From Cirrosporium novae-zelandiae (taxonomy: Eukaryota): a DNA stretch of 64,000 nt. Of this stretch, positions 62,485 to 64,000 are shown piece by piece; positions within the stretch are counted from its first letter, which is position 1; each line of letters begins with the position of its first letter. The DNA lies in the NCBI GenBank assembly GCA_026023565.1, contig JAPETS010000045.1, positions 62,001-126,000 on the forward strand. Direction: 5' to 3'. A program made the position numbers and the translations under genes. The notes under the pieces were generated by a model that saw nothing but the letters and a program-made list of their open reading frames with translations, made no database searches and was not told where the DNA came from.

Positions 62485-63809
62485 TTACGCTAAATATTCA
62501 GCCCCACAGTCACCCATCTGCTGGAACATCTCGTCTCTTCGACTCTTCCGTAGCACCTGTTCCACTAATTCCTGGTCGTCTCGATCAAGCTTCCACCCGT
62601 AGACTGGAAGGTTATCTTGTGTACGATCGCTGACTCCCATCCTTGTTCCCACGATCACAGCCCCGACAAAATCATGGTCAAGAACCCATCTAGTACCGAC
62701 GTTCGACATTGAAACCGAGTGCTTCTGCGCTATCTGTGAAAGGACCGAAAGAAGTTCTTGGAAAAGTTGCCAGCCGCCCCAGGCACGAATTTCTTCAAAG
62801 TACTAAACATTATATCTTAATCTAGGCCATCCATGGAATAGATTGTGCAAATTTTGAGACGCATACCTTCCGATGACTGGGTGTCATACCTTCACCATAT
62901 AAATCTGGTTGGGGTTTTCCAAGCCATTTGTCCGCGATAAAGCCACCACATAGAGTTCCATAAGTCAAAAGCTTCACGTCATGCTTTCTGCATGCTGTAC
63001 CCATTTTCATGGTTGGCCGAGAGTCGATCAATGAAAACTAATTTTTAGTGTTAGATGCTCTTATCCAAAACTGCGTACTCAAACGGAAAGTCTTACTTGG
63101 ACTTGATTCGAGACCACATTGATACCAGCATCTAGGACCTGTTCCATTTTTTCGGTCTCCATATTTACAACACCGAGAGCAGATATTCTTTCATCGCCCT
63201 GGAGAAATTTGAGGGCATCAAGGTGCTCCCCGTTGTTGCACTTCCAAAGGAGCGTAGTCAGCAGCGTCGTTTTACCTTTTTATGCTCTAAGGAATACTTA
63301 CATATTGGATATAGAATTGGCAGAGGTCGATCTTGTCGGATTTTATATTCTTTAGCCTCTGTGTGACATTTGCTCGTAACATCTCCGAGGTAGGGGTTAT
63401 GGGATTAAAGAAGCATATCTTGGTTGCACAATATATGGATTCCGGTCCCTTGTACTGGGATCGAAAGCGTCCAAATATTAGTTCCGCGTCGCCATAATGG
63501 TCAGCCATGTCTACAGTGAAGATAATTTAGTATCGATTATTCTAATCCTGAATTTCTTTTACCTGGTGGAGTATTGCACAAGCTGAATGATATTATATCG
63601 AACATACCAAACGCCGTAAATCCTGCCTCTACGAGCTTCTGGAAATGTTTTTTGATCTTGAATCCCGGAGACGATCCCCATGCCGGGCTGGAAGTTTGCC
63701 AAAGGCCAATGAATATTCTTGGCACTAAACTTTCACTCAACTGGAAGGTCTCGTGGATCCCTTTTGTAGGCTGGATGGTTGACGCTGAAATGGTTTTTTC
63801 TTCGGTCAT
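62485..63809 (-). CDS. Aldo/keto reductase, multi-exon
   Basis: GLWQ.SS.AWG, F|DMADHYGDAE, ATK, IDL.QF, LLTYGTLCGGF, V..RWVL...VGAVIVG.RMG. Confidence 0.9.
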
Positions 63810-64000
63810 TGTCCGAAAGAGCTGATGTTATATTTTGTAAGTTGAAAGGTGAGAAGTCTTTTGGAACCTATAGATGACTCTGGGAGACTTGATGAATTTA
63901 CCCAATTGAAGGCTGTGATGAATCAATTACATTAAGAGCATACCTAGGAAAGCTCGATACATATGTATGAAGATGGATGGTGTCTAGAGTCAGTACTCTA

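Overview
Gene-dense genomic DNA from a filamentous ascomycete (Pezizomycotina), with short GT-AG introns and CTRAC-type branch points. It holds about 29 protein-coding loci and one intron-containing tRNA-Ala(CGC). Most genes are conserved housekeeping genes: GLR1, NPR2, CLR2-like, PXA1, an HSD10-like SDR, UBL3-like, UMP1, PBR1-like, G-patch, SEC1, SUV3, URB1, EAP1-like, LEA1, DCS1, PEX12, YUH1, a Git3/Gpr1-like GPCR and an aldo-keto reductase. The stand-out is a compact five-gene block next to the tRNA (4188-14241) that looks like a nitrogen-scavenging catabolic cluster. It encodes (1) an intronless fusion of a biuret/triuret-hydrolase-like cysteine hydrolase with an allophanate hydrolase amidase, with no urea carboxylase; (2) an NCS1 nucleobase/ureide permease; (3) a small ABM-fold protein; (4) a Dal81/TamA-like Zn2Cys6 regulator with a uORF overlapping its start codon; and (5) a 2OG-Fe(II) dioxygenase. 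Two of its promoters carry clustered GATA sites and a shared CCGCGG motif. Other points of note are a Ulp1-like protease gene broken by a RIP-type TGG>TAG change, a GC-AG intron, and a tandem repeat plus hairpin near a secreted deuterolysin. All family calls come from motif recognition by eye; no database search was run.
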